32,000 nt of DNA from Propionibacteriaceae bacterium (GCA_031256725.1 JAIRQE010000024.1:16360-48359); one strand, 5' to 3'; shown: positions 8,224-17,221, counted from the first letter of the stretch. Notes: generated by a model not told the origin, from the letters alone. Translations and numbers: made by a program.

Positions 8224-8595
8224 TTACTCTTCGTAGGGCGGCAGGACTAACTCATCTTGATTCTCCAACTCACGTATACAATTCATGATGTCTTCGTACT
8301 TTGGTTGAGAAACAATAACAGAAACAGGCTTCCCGTGAAAGGTCACAAGTACATCGTGTGTCGCCGACATTTTCACGACTCGACTGAAATAATGTTTCGC
8401 ATCCGTAAGCGGGAAAACAGCATCCAACTCAAGATGTGGGAAGACTTTCTCATATTTCTGAGTTGAGACAATGATTGCCATAGGCTTTCCGTGATGGGTC
8501 ACAAGTACATCCTCTGTTTGCGACTTAGTAATCAACTGACCTAGTAAATGCTTTGCATCAGAAGTAGAAAAAGTGGCTGCATTCGATATGTCCAT
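8224..8595 (-). CDS. Tandem-duplicated Phd/YefM-type antitoxin-like protein (two antitoxin N-domains in one chain), orphan
   Basis: 123-aa ORF in AT-rich DNA. Residues 7-51 and 59-103 are ~50% identical to each other. Each matches the Phd/YefM N-domain pattern (x-DAKxxhxxlh...dVlVTxHGKPvxvIVSxxxYE). No adjacent toxin ORF. Confidence 0.7.
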   Translation of the reverse strand: MDISNAATFSTSDAKHLLGQLITKSQTEDVLVTHHGKPMAIIVSTQKYEKVFPHLELDAVFPLTDAKHYFSRVVKMSATHDVLVTFHGKPVSVIVSQPKYEDIMNCIRELENQDELVLPPYEE

Positions 8596-8633
8596 GACAT
8601 CAACCTACCTGCATATCAGCAGATATCCTAACG

Positions 8634-8661
8634 ATTATAAGTATTTACTCTATAATCTGAA
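8634..8661 (-). promoter_or_regulatory. Candidate sigma-70-type promoter for the tandem-Phd gene
   Basis: On the minus strand: TTCAGA (plus 8656-8661), a 16-nt spacer, then TATAAT (plus 8634-8639). This sits 38 nt upstream of the ATG. The leader contains GATAT-N5-GATAT and an EcoRV palindrome (plus 8611-8628), a possible autoregulatory operator. Confidence 0.4.
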
Positions 8662-8740
8662 TTACCTAAGACCTTCATCAACCGTCAGTCCGTACCAAAA
8701 CTCCACCACGGCACCCGATAAACGGCATCATCGCCGACCC

Positions 8741-8780
8741 GGCAACGAAAAGGGGGTGCGCCAGAGGAGTTTCGCACCTC
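8741..8780 (-). terminator. Rho-independent terminator downstream of eda
   Basis: The minus-strand RNA reads gaggugcg-aaacuccucugg-cgcacccc followed by cuuuucguu. The 8-bp stem is plus 8753-8760 / 8773-8780. Confidence 0.55.
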
Positions 8781-8857
8781 AGTATTACTGATACTAATTA
8801 GCTTTAACGTGAATCCGGTCAGGGATCAGGGAATCTGAGTACAGACATCCCAAGGTT

Positions 8858-9475
8858 TCAACCCAAAGAGGCTACGATCCCTAGGGCCTCGCGTACGAGA
8901 GCGGCGATGCCATCGAAGTCTCCGGTTTCCAGAAGATGTTGGGGTACCATCCATGAGCCGGCTACTGCTGGTACACAGGGAAGGCGCAGATAGCCAGCCA
9001 TATTTGAAGCTGAGACTCCACCAGTTGGCACGAACTGGGTTGTTGCAAAGGGAGCAGAGAGTCCAGCGATCCCCTCAGGGCCACCGAATCGATCTGCGGG
9101 GAAGAACTTGACTGTATTGATCCCAAGAGCCTGGGCCGCCATGATGTCTCCAGGGGTAATGCACCCTGGGAGGATCGGCTTTCCTTGAAGTTGAGCTTCA
9201 CGTACGATGTCTGCGCGAAGGCCTGGGCTTATCAGGAATTGTGCGCCTGATTCCACAGCAAATTCAACCTGGTCTGGTGTGACAACCGTACCTGCCCCTA
9301 CGGTCATCCCCTCAACCTCTGACATGATGGCAATGGACTCGGCAGCAGCCTCAGTCCTGAATGTAACCTCTGCAATGGGCAGACCTGCCTCGACTAGGGT
9401 TCGAGCCAAGGGGTAGGCATCCTCTGCGTCGTGGATAACAACGATGGGGATAATGCGATGGGCGAAAAGGTCCAT
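8858..9475 (-). CDS. eda: 2-dehydro-3-deoxyphosphogluconate / 4-hydroxy-2-oxoglutarate aldolase (KDPG aldolase)
   Basis: 205-aa ORF. Family pattern IIPIVVI..., LPIAEVTFRT, GAGTV, FLISPG, KFFPA and VPTGGV is characteristic of Eda. AGGAGG RBS upstream. Confidence 0.85.
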   Translation of the reverse strand: MDLFAHRIIPIVVIHDAEDAYPLARTLVEAGLPIAEVTFRTEAAAESIAIMSEVEGMTVGAGTVVTPDQVEFAVESGAQFLISPGLRADIVREAQLQGKPILPGCITPGDIMAAQALGINTVKFFPADRFGGPEGIAGLSAPFATTQFVPTGGVSASNMAGYLRLPCVPAVAGSWMVPQHLLETGDFDGIAALVREALGIVASLG

Positions 9476-9610
9476 AAAAAACCTCCTGGGATAAAGCGGG
9501 CTGCGGTCTTTTGCGACCTATCCTTGGTCGACCAGACTCCCCTAGTCTAACCGAGATCAGTACAGAACCTCTACGTTAGATATCAGATCATATGCTGTGC
9601 GGACTGCGCG

Positions 9611-10636
9611 CTACTCCTCAATCCGGTGTACTTGAGCAAAATGACAGGCGCTGTCATGCGTGCCCACCAGGTCATCATGGGTAGCCAATTCGGGGATCTC
9701 AACTGCGCAAGTCTGCCTCTGCTCCTTGGTCATCCTCCAGCAACGGGTATGGAATCGGCATCCCCCTGGCGGATTGGCTGGCGAAGGTACATCCCCGGCC
9801 AACACGATCTGTTTCCTGGAATCCTTAAGACTCGGATCGGGTACTGGTACTGCCGAAAGCAGAGCCTGGGTATAGGGATGGGTGGGACGTTCGTAGATCT
9901 CATCCTCATTGCCGATCTCCACAATGCGCCCAAGGTACATCACAGCCACTCGGGTGGAGATATGGCGTACCACTGCCAAATCGTGGGCGATGAAAATATA
10001 GGACAAGCCCAATTCAGATTGAAGGCTCTCCAAGAGGTTCACGACCTGGGCTTGAACGGAGACATCCAAAGCAGACACAGGTTCATCAAGAATCAACAGT
10101 TTCGGGTTGAGAGCAATCCCTCGGGCAACCCCAATACGTTGACGTTGGCCACCTGAGAATTGGTGGGGATAACGGTTGATGTGCTCAGGATTGAGACCCA
10201 CGAGATCAAGGAGCTCTTGTACCCTGGTCCTCCTGGAACCCTTGGGTGCAACATCAGGATGAATATCGAAGGGTTCACCCACAATATCTCCAACCGTCAT
10301 CCTAGGATTCAAGGAGGTGTACGGATCCTGGAAGATGATTTGAATATCCCGGCGCAGTTTACGCATGGCAGAACCCGTGGGGGATTGCTTGTACATATCC
10401 ACCCCAGAGAAGTTGAGGGAGCCCGATGTTGGCTCCTCTAACCTCATCAGGAGGCGACCGAGGGTGGATTTCCCACACCCGGACTCCCCCACAACTCCAA
10501 GGGTCTCCCCCTTATGGAGGTCGAAGGAGACACCGTCTACGGCCCGTACCCATCCGGTGACATGCTGGATGATCCCGGTTTTGATGGGATAGTGCTTAAC
10601 CAGATCCCTGGCTTCCAGAAGTACCTCAGTCATCAT
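9611..10636 (-). CDS. Oligopeptide/dipeptide ABC transporter ATP-binding protein (OppF/DppF-like)
   Basis: The ORF extends to 10696. The start is chosen at ATGATG 10636/10633, which overlaps the upstream stop (…GATGATGACTGA). Walker [18 protein letters not shown], Walker B LILDEP, and a C-terminal oligopeptide-type Cys-rich tail. Confidence 0.85.
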   Translation of the reverse strand: MMTEVLLEARDLVKHYPIKTGIIQHVTGWVRAVDGVSFDLHKGETLGVVGESGCGKSTLGRLLMRLEEPTSGSLNFSGVDMYKQSPTGSAMRKLRRDIQIIFQDPYTSLNPRMTVGDIVGEPFDIHPDVAPKGSRRTRVQELLDLVGLNPEHINRYPHQFSGGQRQRIGVARGIALNPKLLILDEPVSALDVSVQAQVVNLLESLQSELGLSYIFIAHDLAVVRHISTRVAVMYLGRIVEIGNEDEIYERPTHPYTQALLSAVPVPDPSLKDSRKQIVLAGDVPSPANPPGGCRFHTRCWRMTKEQRQTCAVEIPELATHDDLVGTHDSACHFAQVHRIEE

Positions 10637-11690
10637 CAGAGCCTCCCTGGATGTGGGCTGTGACCTCAGGTGAATCCAGTCGCCAACATGCCGCATATCG
10701 AGAACCCTGGTCGAGTTCGGTCAGGGGAGGTGGGCTACCTTGACGACATTCCTCAGCCGCGAACCGGCATCGCGGATGGAAGGGACACCCCTCAGGCATG
10801 GCGAGAAGGTTCGGCGGCAGCCCACCAATGGCTGGCAGGACCCCACCAGACTTCGCATCCATTCGGGGTACGGACTCCAACAACCCAATAGTGTAGGGAT
10901 GGCGGGGATTGGCATAAACATCATGAACCATAGCTGATTCGACCATGCGACCTGCGTACATCACTGCGATGCGGTCTGCGACATTGGCGACGACACCAAG
11001 ATCATGGGTGATCAAGATGAGCCCCATACCGGATTCTTCCTGGATCTGTTTCAGCAGATCCATGATCTGAGCCTGTACTGTCACATCCAGGGCGGTTGTG
11101 GGTTCATCCGCGATAAGGATGGCAGGGTCCAAGGCGATAGCCATAGCGATCATGATGCGCTGGCGCATACCACCCGAAAACTGATGGGGGAAGGCTTTGA
11201 CTCGTTCGCGTGCCCCAGGAATCTTGACCTTCTCCATGAGTGCAATGGCTTGTTTGAGGGCATTCGCCTTAGTCATTCCTCGATGGATTCTAAACATCTC
11301 TGCAATCTGCCATCCCACTGGAAAACAGGGGTTGAGTGATGAGAGTGCATCCTGGAAGATCATCGCAATGTGAGCACCACGTACCTTGCGGCGTTCCTTC
11401 TCCTTGAGCCCGAGAAGATCCACTCCGCAATAGTTGACGACTCCCCCAGTCACAAAACCTGGAGGGGTGTCCAGTATCCCCATGATGGCTTGGGCTGTCA
11501 CTGATTTCCCTGAACCGGATTCACCCAGAATAGCGAGGGTCTCGTGTCGATCCAGGTGAAAACTCACGCCATTGATCGCATTCGCGATCCCTTCCCGGGT
11601 TCTAAACTCCACATGAAGGTCCTCCACGTCAAGCAGGCGTCCGTTCGAAGATACCCACTGGTTCGATGAGGTCGACTCGTTAGTAGCCAT
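10626..11690 (-). CDS. Oligopeptide/dipeptide ABC transporter ATP-binding protein (OppD/DppD-like)
   Basis: 354 aa. Walker [17 protein letters not shown], Walker [13 protein letters not shown]-loop ITHD, and a C-terminal Cys-rich tail [14 protein letters not shown]...ACW. Confidence 0.85.
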   Translation of the reverse strand: MATNESTSSNQWVSSNGRLLDVEDLHVEFRTREGIANAINGVSFHLDRHETLAILGESGSGKSVTAQAIMGILDTPPGFVTGGVVNYCGVDLLGLKEKERRKVRGAHIAMIFQDALSSLNPCFPVGWQIAEMFRIHRGMTKANALKQAIALMEKVKIPGARERVKAFPHQFSGGMRQRIMIAMAIALDPAILIADEPTTALDVTVQAQIMDLLKQIQEESGMGLILITHDLGVVANVADRIAVMYAGRMVESAMVHDVYANPRHPYTIGLLESVPRMDAKSGGVLPAIGGLPPNLLAMPEGCPFHPRCRFAAEECRQGSPPPLTELDQGSRYAACWRLDSPEVTAHIQGGSDDD

Positions 11691-11693
11691 GAT

Positions 11694-12632
11694 TCACCTC
11701 AACTTCGGATCGAGAGCGTCTCGGATCACTTCACCCAACATAATGAAGGACAAGACAGCCAATGAGAGGAAAAGGGCAGGGAACATCAACATGTGTGGAG
11801 CCTGGCGGATATACCCCAAGGCTGAAGCATTCGAGATGGCGATCCCCCAAGAAACGGTAGGCGGTTGGAGCCCAATACCCAGAAAGCTCAATGTTGCCTC
11901 CGTCGCTATATAGGCACCCAAGTCAATCGTCGAAACCACGATCACTGGGGCCAAGGAGTTCGGAACGATATGAGAGCCCACAACATGCATCGGCGATGCA
12001 CCAAGTGCTCGAGCCGCTTGTACATAATCATTGGGTTTGGTTTGAAGAACCGAGGATCTCATCAAACGGAAGATACTGGGCCACCCCAAGATCGACAGAG
12101 CAAAAACCACTTTGAAGACCACAAGAAGATAGTTGGACCCTGGTGGAGTAGGAATTGTGTACATGATGATGATTCCACCCAGCAACAGTGGGATAGCGAA
12201 AAACATGTCAGCGAGTCGGGAGAGTACAGTATCCACCCAGCCACCAAAGTAGGCGGCAATGGTACCGAGGATTGATCCAAGGATTGCTGTAAATCCTGCG
12301 GTGAAAATACCCACCATGATCGAAGCCCTCGCTCCATGGATGGTACGGGCGAAGATGTCGCATCCCTGGAAGTCATAACCAAAGACAGCCCCCGGACCAG
12401 GAGGTTGACGAGAGTACTCCAAGAAGCAGGCTCGCGGATCCTTGGTGGTGAACAGTTCTGGAACTATGGCCATAATGATGAAGAAGATCAGTAGTGCTGC
12501 CGCAAACCAGAACAATGGGCGTCGGCGCATGATCTCCCAGGCATCACCCCACAAGGAGCGTGGTTTGCCTTGGACCTGTTCGGGGGTATCACCCAGGATG
12601 GGTTCCACATGTGTATGAGGGGTTTCAGTCAT
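11694..12632 (-). CDS. Oligopeptide/dipeptide ABC transporter permease (OppC/DppC-like)
   Basis: The ORF extends to 12674. The ATG at 12632 (MTETPH...) overlaps the upstream stop (ATGACTGA). Multi-TM protein with an EAA-type loop (YVQAARALGASPMHVVGSHIVPN). Confidence 0.85.
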   Translation of the reverse strand: MTETPHTHVEPILGDTPEQVQGKPRSLWGDAWEIMRRRPLFWFAAALLIFFIIMAIVPELFTTKDPRACFLEYSRQPPGPGAVFGYDFQGCDIFARTIHGARASIMVGIFTAGFTAILGSILGTIAAYFGGWVDTVLSRLADMFFAIPLLLGGIIIMYTIPTPPGSNYLLVVFKVVFALSILGWPSIFRLMRSSVLQTKPNDYVQAARALGASPMHVVGSHIVPNSLAPVIVVSTIDLGAYIATEATLSFLGIGLQPPTVSWGIAISNASALGYIRQAPHMLMFPALFLSLAVLSFIMLGEVIRDALDPKLR

Positions 12633-13548
12633 GGCTGATCCTTGGATCCAAGACACCATAGAGGACGTCGACAATGAGATTCACAATGAGGTACACGAGC
12701 ACGAGACAGATCACAGCCCCCACAACTGAGACACCATCACGTTGGCTGATGGATCTCCACAGGAAGAATCCGATCCCGTTGACGTTGAAGATTCTCTCCG
12801 TGACGATGGCTCCACCCATGAGTACCCCAAAGCTAGCGCCGATATAGGTCACCACTGGAAGCAACGAGTTACGCAGGGTATGGATTCCCACAGTACGCGC
12901 GGTGGATAACCCTTTGGCTTTCGCGGTACGCACATAGTCCGCTCGAAGATTCTCGACCAGTGAGGTACGGGTCAGGCGTGCTGCATATGCGACAGACAGT
13001 GAACCCAGAACCAGCCCAGGCATCAACAACTGCCCCCAGGATCCATCCCCAGCAGTGATGGGAGCCCATCCTAACTTGATCCCAAAAAAGAATTGGGCGA
13101 GGCCACCAACCACGAAAACAGGAACAGAGATGAAGACCAGGGTGGAAACAATCACAAGATTGTCAGCGAGTTTTCCTTTGCGGATTCCGGCAAGGATTCC
13201 GGCTGCAACACCCACAATGGCTTCAAAGAGTATGGCGATGAATGCCAATTTAGCGGTTGTGGGATACCGAATAGCAAGTTCATGGACGACGGTATTGCCA
13301 TAGAAGTTCGTACCCAAATCCCCTTGAATCAGTTTCCCAAGATAGAGGATGTACTGGACGATGAAGGGCTGATCCAAGTTGTACTCTGCCCGAAAAGCAG
13401 CCACATAAGCCTCGGAGCACGGGCGGTCACCACAGCGACCAGCCGTGGGATCCCCCGGCAACATGAAGACAAGGAAGAATATGAAAAACGTCGTGCCGAG
13501 GAGTACAGGGATCATCTGCAGGAGACGACGCACGATGTATTTTCCCAA
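12625..13548 (-). CDS. Oligopeptide/dipeptide ABC transporter permease (OppB/DppB-like)
   Basis: The ORF extends to 13584. I prefer the TTG at 13548 (M-GKYIVRRLLQMIP, the canonical family N-terminus) because AAGGAGGA lies 5 nt upstream. EAA loop DYVRTAKAKGLSTARTVGIHTLRNS. Confidence 0.85.
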   Translation of the reverse strand: MGKYIVRRLLQMIPVLLGTTFFIFFLVFMLPGDPTAGRCGDRPCSEAYVAAFRAEYNLDQPFIVQYILYLGKLIQGDLGTNFYGNTVVHELAIRYPTTAKLAFIAILFEAIVGVAAGILAGIRKGKLADNLVIVSTLVFISVPVFVVGGLAQFFFGIKLGWAPITAGDGSWGQLLMPGLVLGSLSVAYAARLTRTSLVENLRADYVRTAKAKGLSTARTVGIHTLRNSLLPVVTYIGASFGVLMGGAIVTERIFNVNGIGFFLWRSISQRDGVSVVGAVICLVLVYLIVNLIVDVLYGVLDPRISHD

Positions 13549-13626
13549 GACATCCTCCTTTTGTTCGCTACCTAGGTAGCGCACAGGGTGGCAGCCGAGG
13601 GTCGACTACCACCCCACGCGAAGTGA

Positions 13627-15279
13627 TTATGAAGCCAACACCACAGACCCAAAGTCGAATGTCGAGAATGGGGTCATCTTGATGGACTTGATATTCGTTG
13701 AGAATCCGTACTGGCTCTGCTGAGTCCACAGAGGCATCGCCGGCATCTCTTGGTCGAGGACACGCTCAGCCTCCTGGTACAGAAGGTTGGCAGCATCATT
13801 GGTCGTAGCAGCAGCAGCTTCGCGCAGCAAACGATCGAAGTTTGCATTAGAGAAATCCGAGTCATTTGCTGAAGCACCAGTGGCGTACAACGGTGTCAGG
13901 AAGTTCTCAATGGACGGGTAGTCCATCTGCCAGCCGGCGCGCATAATACCCTTGAGTTCGCGAGCCTTGATCTTGTTGCGCAGGGTAGCGAAATCAGGAG
14001 TTGCTTGAACCAGGCATTCGAGTTCCAGGTTGTTCTTGATTTGGTTACACACGGCATCAGCCCATTGCTGGTGTCCACCATCACCGTTGATCCACAGTTC
14101 GAGTGGGCCAGGATAGCCGCCGGCCTCAGCCAGAAGCTCCTTGGCACGATCAGGATCGAAGACGCAATTAGTACATTGATTCTCGCTGAAGCCATCAACT
14201 ACGGGGCTGGTCCAGCCAGTGGCAGCAACGCGAGCATTGTTGAAGACGATATCCACAACTTGACTGCGGTCAACAGCCATGGAGATCGCCTGACGTACGC
14301 GAATATCAGCCATACCTGGGTCAGTCTTGGCTGGAGAGAAGGTCAGAGCCTGGAAGACACCTGTGTCCTTGGTACCCCATCTTGGGGCTCCAGCAGAATC
14401 AACAAGGTCCTGCTTCCACATGTCTGCGACCAGATAGTCAGCCGGAATAAGGTCAGTGACGTCGAGGTTGTTCGCCACAACATCCTGGTATGCCGCAGTG
14501 CTATCGTTGTAGATCTTGAAGGTGACCTTATCCACAGAACCTGGGAACTTGCCGGAGTACCCTTCAAATTTCTCGATCACGATCTCAGTGTCAGTCTTCG
14601 AGGTGACCTGGAAGGGACCAGCGGCAATCGGCTTTTTCGCGAATTCGAGCTTGTCTTCGCTTGCGAAGAAAGCATCAGGCTGTGGTGCGAAAGCAGTGTA
14701 CCCCAAACGAACCGTGAGGTTGGATGTGGGAGCAACAGTACGAATGGTGAAGGTGTAGTCATCGAGGACCTCAAGACCCTTCATAGAGTCAGCGACCGGA
14801 ACCTCTTTGCAATCGGCGTCGCCACATTGCATGTCTTCATAGCCTTCGATCATTTCAAAGAAGTACTCGTTCATTTGGGCATTGGGACCATAGGCGCCCC
14901 AGTTCCATGCGTCAACGAAATTGTGAGCCTTGACTTCTGTTCCATCCTGGAACATATAGCCCGGCTTTAGTTTGACGGTCCAGTTGATGGCATCATCAGT
15001 CTCAATGGACTCGGCGATGTCGAGCTCAGGGGAAGCATCATCAGCGTTGTAGTGGATGAGCTTGGCTTCGGTGGCATCAAGAATATTGCCACCGCAGACC
15101 TCATTGGTATTGGTAGGAAGTAGTTCGCTTTGCGGAGTGCAGCCGCGAACTGTGATCGCGGAGATTCCCCCGGATGTACCTGGGTCATTGTTTCCACCAT
15201 CAGATGCACAGGCGGTGGTTCCTAGGACCAACAACGCGGCAGCAATTCCGGCTGTCAAGATCCTGATAGGAGTACGCAT
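13627..15279 (-). CDS. ABC substrate-binding lipoprotein, family 5 (OppA/DppA/NikA-like)
   Basis: The ORF extends to 15297. The start is probably the ATG at 15279 (MRTPIRILTAGIAAALLVLGTTAC, signal peptide plus lipobox). The family-5 SBP pattern runs throughout (DIAESIETDDAINWTVKLKPGYMFQDGTEVKAHNFVDAW). Confidence 0.85.
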   Translation of the reverse strand: MRTPIRILTAGIAAALLVLGTTACASDGGNNDPGTSGGISAITVRGCTPQSELLPTNTNEVCGGNILDATEAKLIHYNADDASPELDIAESIETDDAINWTVKLKPGYMFQDGTEVKAHNFVDAWNWGAYGPNAQMNEYFFEMIEGYEDMQCGDADCKEVPVADSMKGLEVLDDYTFTIRTVAPTSNLTVRLGYTAFAPQPDAFFASEDKLEFAKKPIAAGPFQVTSKTDTEIVIEKFEGYSGKFPGSVDKVTFKIYNDSTAAYQDVVANNLDVTDLIPADYLVADMWKQDLVDSAGAPRWGTKDTGVFQALTFSPAKTDPGMADIRVRQAISMAVDRSQVVDIVFNNARVAATGWTSPVVDGFSENQCTNCVFDPDRAKELLAEAGGYPGPLELWINGDGGHQQWADAVCNQIKNNLELECLVQATPDFATLRNKIKARELKGIMRAGWQMDYPSIENFLTPLYATGASANDSDFSNANFDRLLREAAAATTNDAANLLYQEAERVLDQEMPAMPLWTQQSQYGFSTNIKSIKMTPFSTFDFGSVVLAS

Positions 15280-15464
15280 ATTTATGCTCCATTTCATTTT
15301 ATAATAATAAATTCGACAGAAGAGTGTTGCTCCTCGCAGTCAACCTCACCATTCTGCCATAGAGAATTCCCTGAAATCTACCGATTGACTTAGTTATTTT
15401 TGAGAGGGTACGCTGATGGGCTCATTTGCCATCTCTACTACTTATATTTTAAATAATTCCATAA

Positions 15465-15478
15465 ATGATAATTATCAT
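15465..15478. promoter_or_regulatory. Perfect 14-bp palindrome ATGATAATTATCAT (Fur-family-box-like half sites) in the AT-rich opp leader
   Basis: Read directly from the sequence. It is self-complementary and lies ~186 nt upstream of the SBP start, inside a ~240-nt very AT-rich stretch (15298-15540). Confidence 0.35.
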
Positions 15479-15620
15479 GAAAGATAAGAAGCAATCACTT
15501 GCGCTGTGACGAGCTCTAAAAGCCCAATACTGTCTACTTAACCCCAGTCAAGTGAAGAGAACTTGGAATATCTATGCGTACTGAGATTGGAGTAGAAGGT
15601 CTGGATCCTGCGGCTTGCGC

Positions 15621-15770
15621 GCAGGATGACGAAGGGGGCCTGAGCTGACGACGATCTGATCAATGACGGTGGTCCTGAGCAGGATGGCGACGGAACTGAG
15701 GTGCCAACGGATCTGAGCAGAATGACGACCTGAACCTGGATGAAGGACCCAGAATGACGAAGGGCCGCCC
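15621..15770. repeat. Degenerate ~19-nt periodic repeat (core [A/C]A[G/A]ATG[A/G]CGA, flanked by CTGAGC)
   Basis: Cores at 15623 aggatgacgaa, 15661 caatgacgg, 15681 aggatggcgac, 15719 agaatgacgac and 15751 agaatgacgaa. ctgagc occurs at 15640, 15675 and 15713. Confidence 0.4.
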
Positions 15771-15789
15771 TGCGGAACAGAGCGGCCCT
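15761..15789 (-). terminator. Probable intrinsic terminator downstream of pntB
   Basis: 8-bp GC-rich stem agggccgc / gcggccct (15761-15768 / 15782-15789). On the minus-strand RNA it is followed by uucgucauucu. It starts 17 nt after the pntB stop. Confidence 0.5.
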
Positions 15790-15805
15790 CTCAAGTTGAG
15801 AGTTC

Positions 15806-17221
15806 TTACAAGGCTCGGATGATATCCTCCACACGCTCCTTGGCATCACCGAAGAGCATCATGGTGTTTTCTTTAAAGAACAGAGGATTCTGAACCCCAG
15901 CGTACCCAGCATTCATCGACCTCTTGAAGACGATGACTGTGGTCGCATTCCACACCTCTAGGACTGGCATACCAGCGATGGGGCTGTGCGGATCATCCAA
16001 GGCAGCGGGGTTCACTGTGTCATTAGCGCCAATGACCAAGACCACATCTGTGGATGGGAAGTCATCGTTAATCTCGTCCATTTCAAGGACTACATCATAG
16101 GGAACCTTAGCCTCAGCCAACAAGACATTCATATGACCGGGAAGGCGACCCGCCACGGGATGGATTCCGAAGCGTACCTCCACACCTTGGGCGCGAAGCT
16201 TGGAGGTCAGATCCGCTACTGCGGCCTGAGCCTGGGCGACAGCCATTCCATAACCTGGAGTAATGATGACCGAGCGAGCATTGGTGAGCAGGGATGCAAC
16301 CTCAGAGGCTGTGGTCTCGCGATGTTCGCCGTAATCCTTGTCGTCGCCTGTGATCTCACCGTCGGAACCGAAGCCACCAGCAATCACAGAGATGAAGGAA
16401 CGATTCATAGCCTTACACATGATGTACGACAGGTAGGCACCCGAGGAACCCACCAGAGCACCAGTGATAATGAGCAGATCATTATCGAGGGTGAAACCGG
16501 CCGCGGCAGCAGCCCACCCGGAATAGGAGTTCAACATCGAGACCACAACAGGCATATCGCCGCCACCGATACTCGTCACCAAGTGAACACCGAGAGCTAA
16601 GGAGATGGCAGTGACGAGTACAAGTTGCCACAGATGAGGCTCAAGGACGAACCATACTGTCAGACCGATAATGACCACGACTGCCGCCAGGTTGATGACA
16701 TTGTGGTTGGGGAGCATGAGCGGCTTCGAACGCATCTTCGCTGAGAGCTTCAGGTACGCGATGATCGACCCTGTGAAGGTCACAGCGCCGATGAAAATTC
16801 CCACGAACAACTCTCCACGATGAAGTCCCGTCGAATCGGCTAAAGGCACCTCAAGATAGGCGTTCCATCCCACAAGTACAGCTGTCAGCCCCACAAAGGA
16901 GTGCAAGAGTGCGATGAGTTCAGGCATACCAGTCATCTCGACCCGAAGGGCAAAGAAGATGCCGATCACAGCACCCGCAGCCATGGCGACGAGGATGGCG
17001 ATGATTGCCCACGAGGGCCCACTTGGGGCAACACCCTCAGATCCAGTGACCTTGAGGACTGTACCCAAAATAGTGAAAAGCAAGGCGATGGCCATGCCGA
17101 CCATACCGAAGATGTTGCCCCTCTTGGAGGATTCATGCTTGGAGAGTCCAGCAAGGGCGAGAATGAAGCAGAGGCCCGCGAAGATATAGGAGCCAGTAAT
17201 CAGTGATTGGGTCATGGTCAC
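15806..17221 (-). CDS. pntB: NAD(P) transhydrogenase subunit beta
   Basis: 471 aa. N-terminal multi-TM domain plus a C-terminal NADP(H)-binding domain III ([13 protein letters not shown]..., [30 protein letters not shown]). 4-nt overlap with pntA. Confidence 0.9.
   Translation of the reverse strand: MTMTQSLITGSYIFAGLCFILALAGLSKHESSKRGNIFGMVGMAIALLFTILGTVLKVTGSEGVAPSGPSWAIIAILVAMAAGAVIGIFFALRVEMTGMPELIALLHSFVGLTAVLVGWNAYLEVPLADSTGLHRGELFVGIFIGAVTFTGSIIAYLKLSAKMRSKPLMLPNHNVINLAAVVVIIGLTVWFVLEPHLWQLVLVTAISLALGVHLVTSIGGGDMPVVVSMLNSYSGWAAAAAGFTLDNDLLIITGALVGSSGAYLSYIMCKAMNRSFISVIAGGFGSDGEITGDDKDYGEHRETTASEVASLLTNARSVIITPGYGMAVAQAQAAVADLTSKLRAQGVEVRFGIHPVAGRLPGHMNVLLAEAKVPYDVVLEMDEINDDFPSTDVVLVIGANDTVNPAALDDPHSPIAGMPVLEVWNATTVIVFKRSMNAGYAGVQNPLFFKENTMMLFGDAKERVEDIIRAL

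Noticed and set aside
14005-14970. 321-aa plus-strand ORF. There are similar long antisense ORFs at 17791..18537, 22646..23323, 9626..10156, 18973..19524 and 13093..13575.
   Set aside because: All lie entirely antisense inside genes with unambiguous family motifs (OppA, PntA, TGase, OppF, Tkt, OppB). They are typical shadow ORFs of GC-biased coding DNA.
15538-15849. 103-aa minus-strand ORF in the pntB-opp spacer.
   Set aside because: It overlaps the pntB 3' end and terminator, is built from the degenerate DNA repeat, has an Arg/Ser-rich low-complexity translation, and has no RBS.
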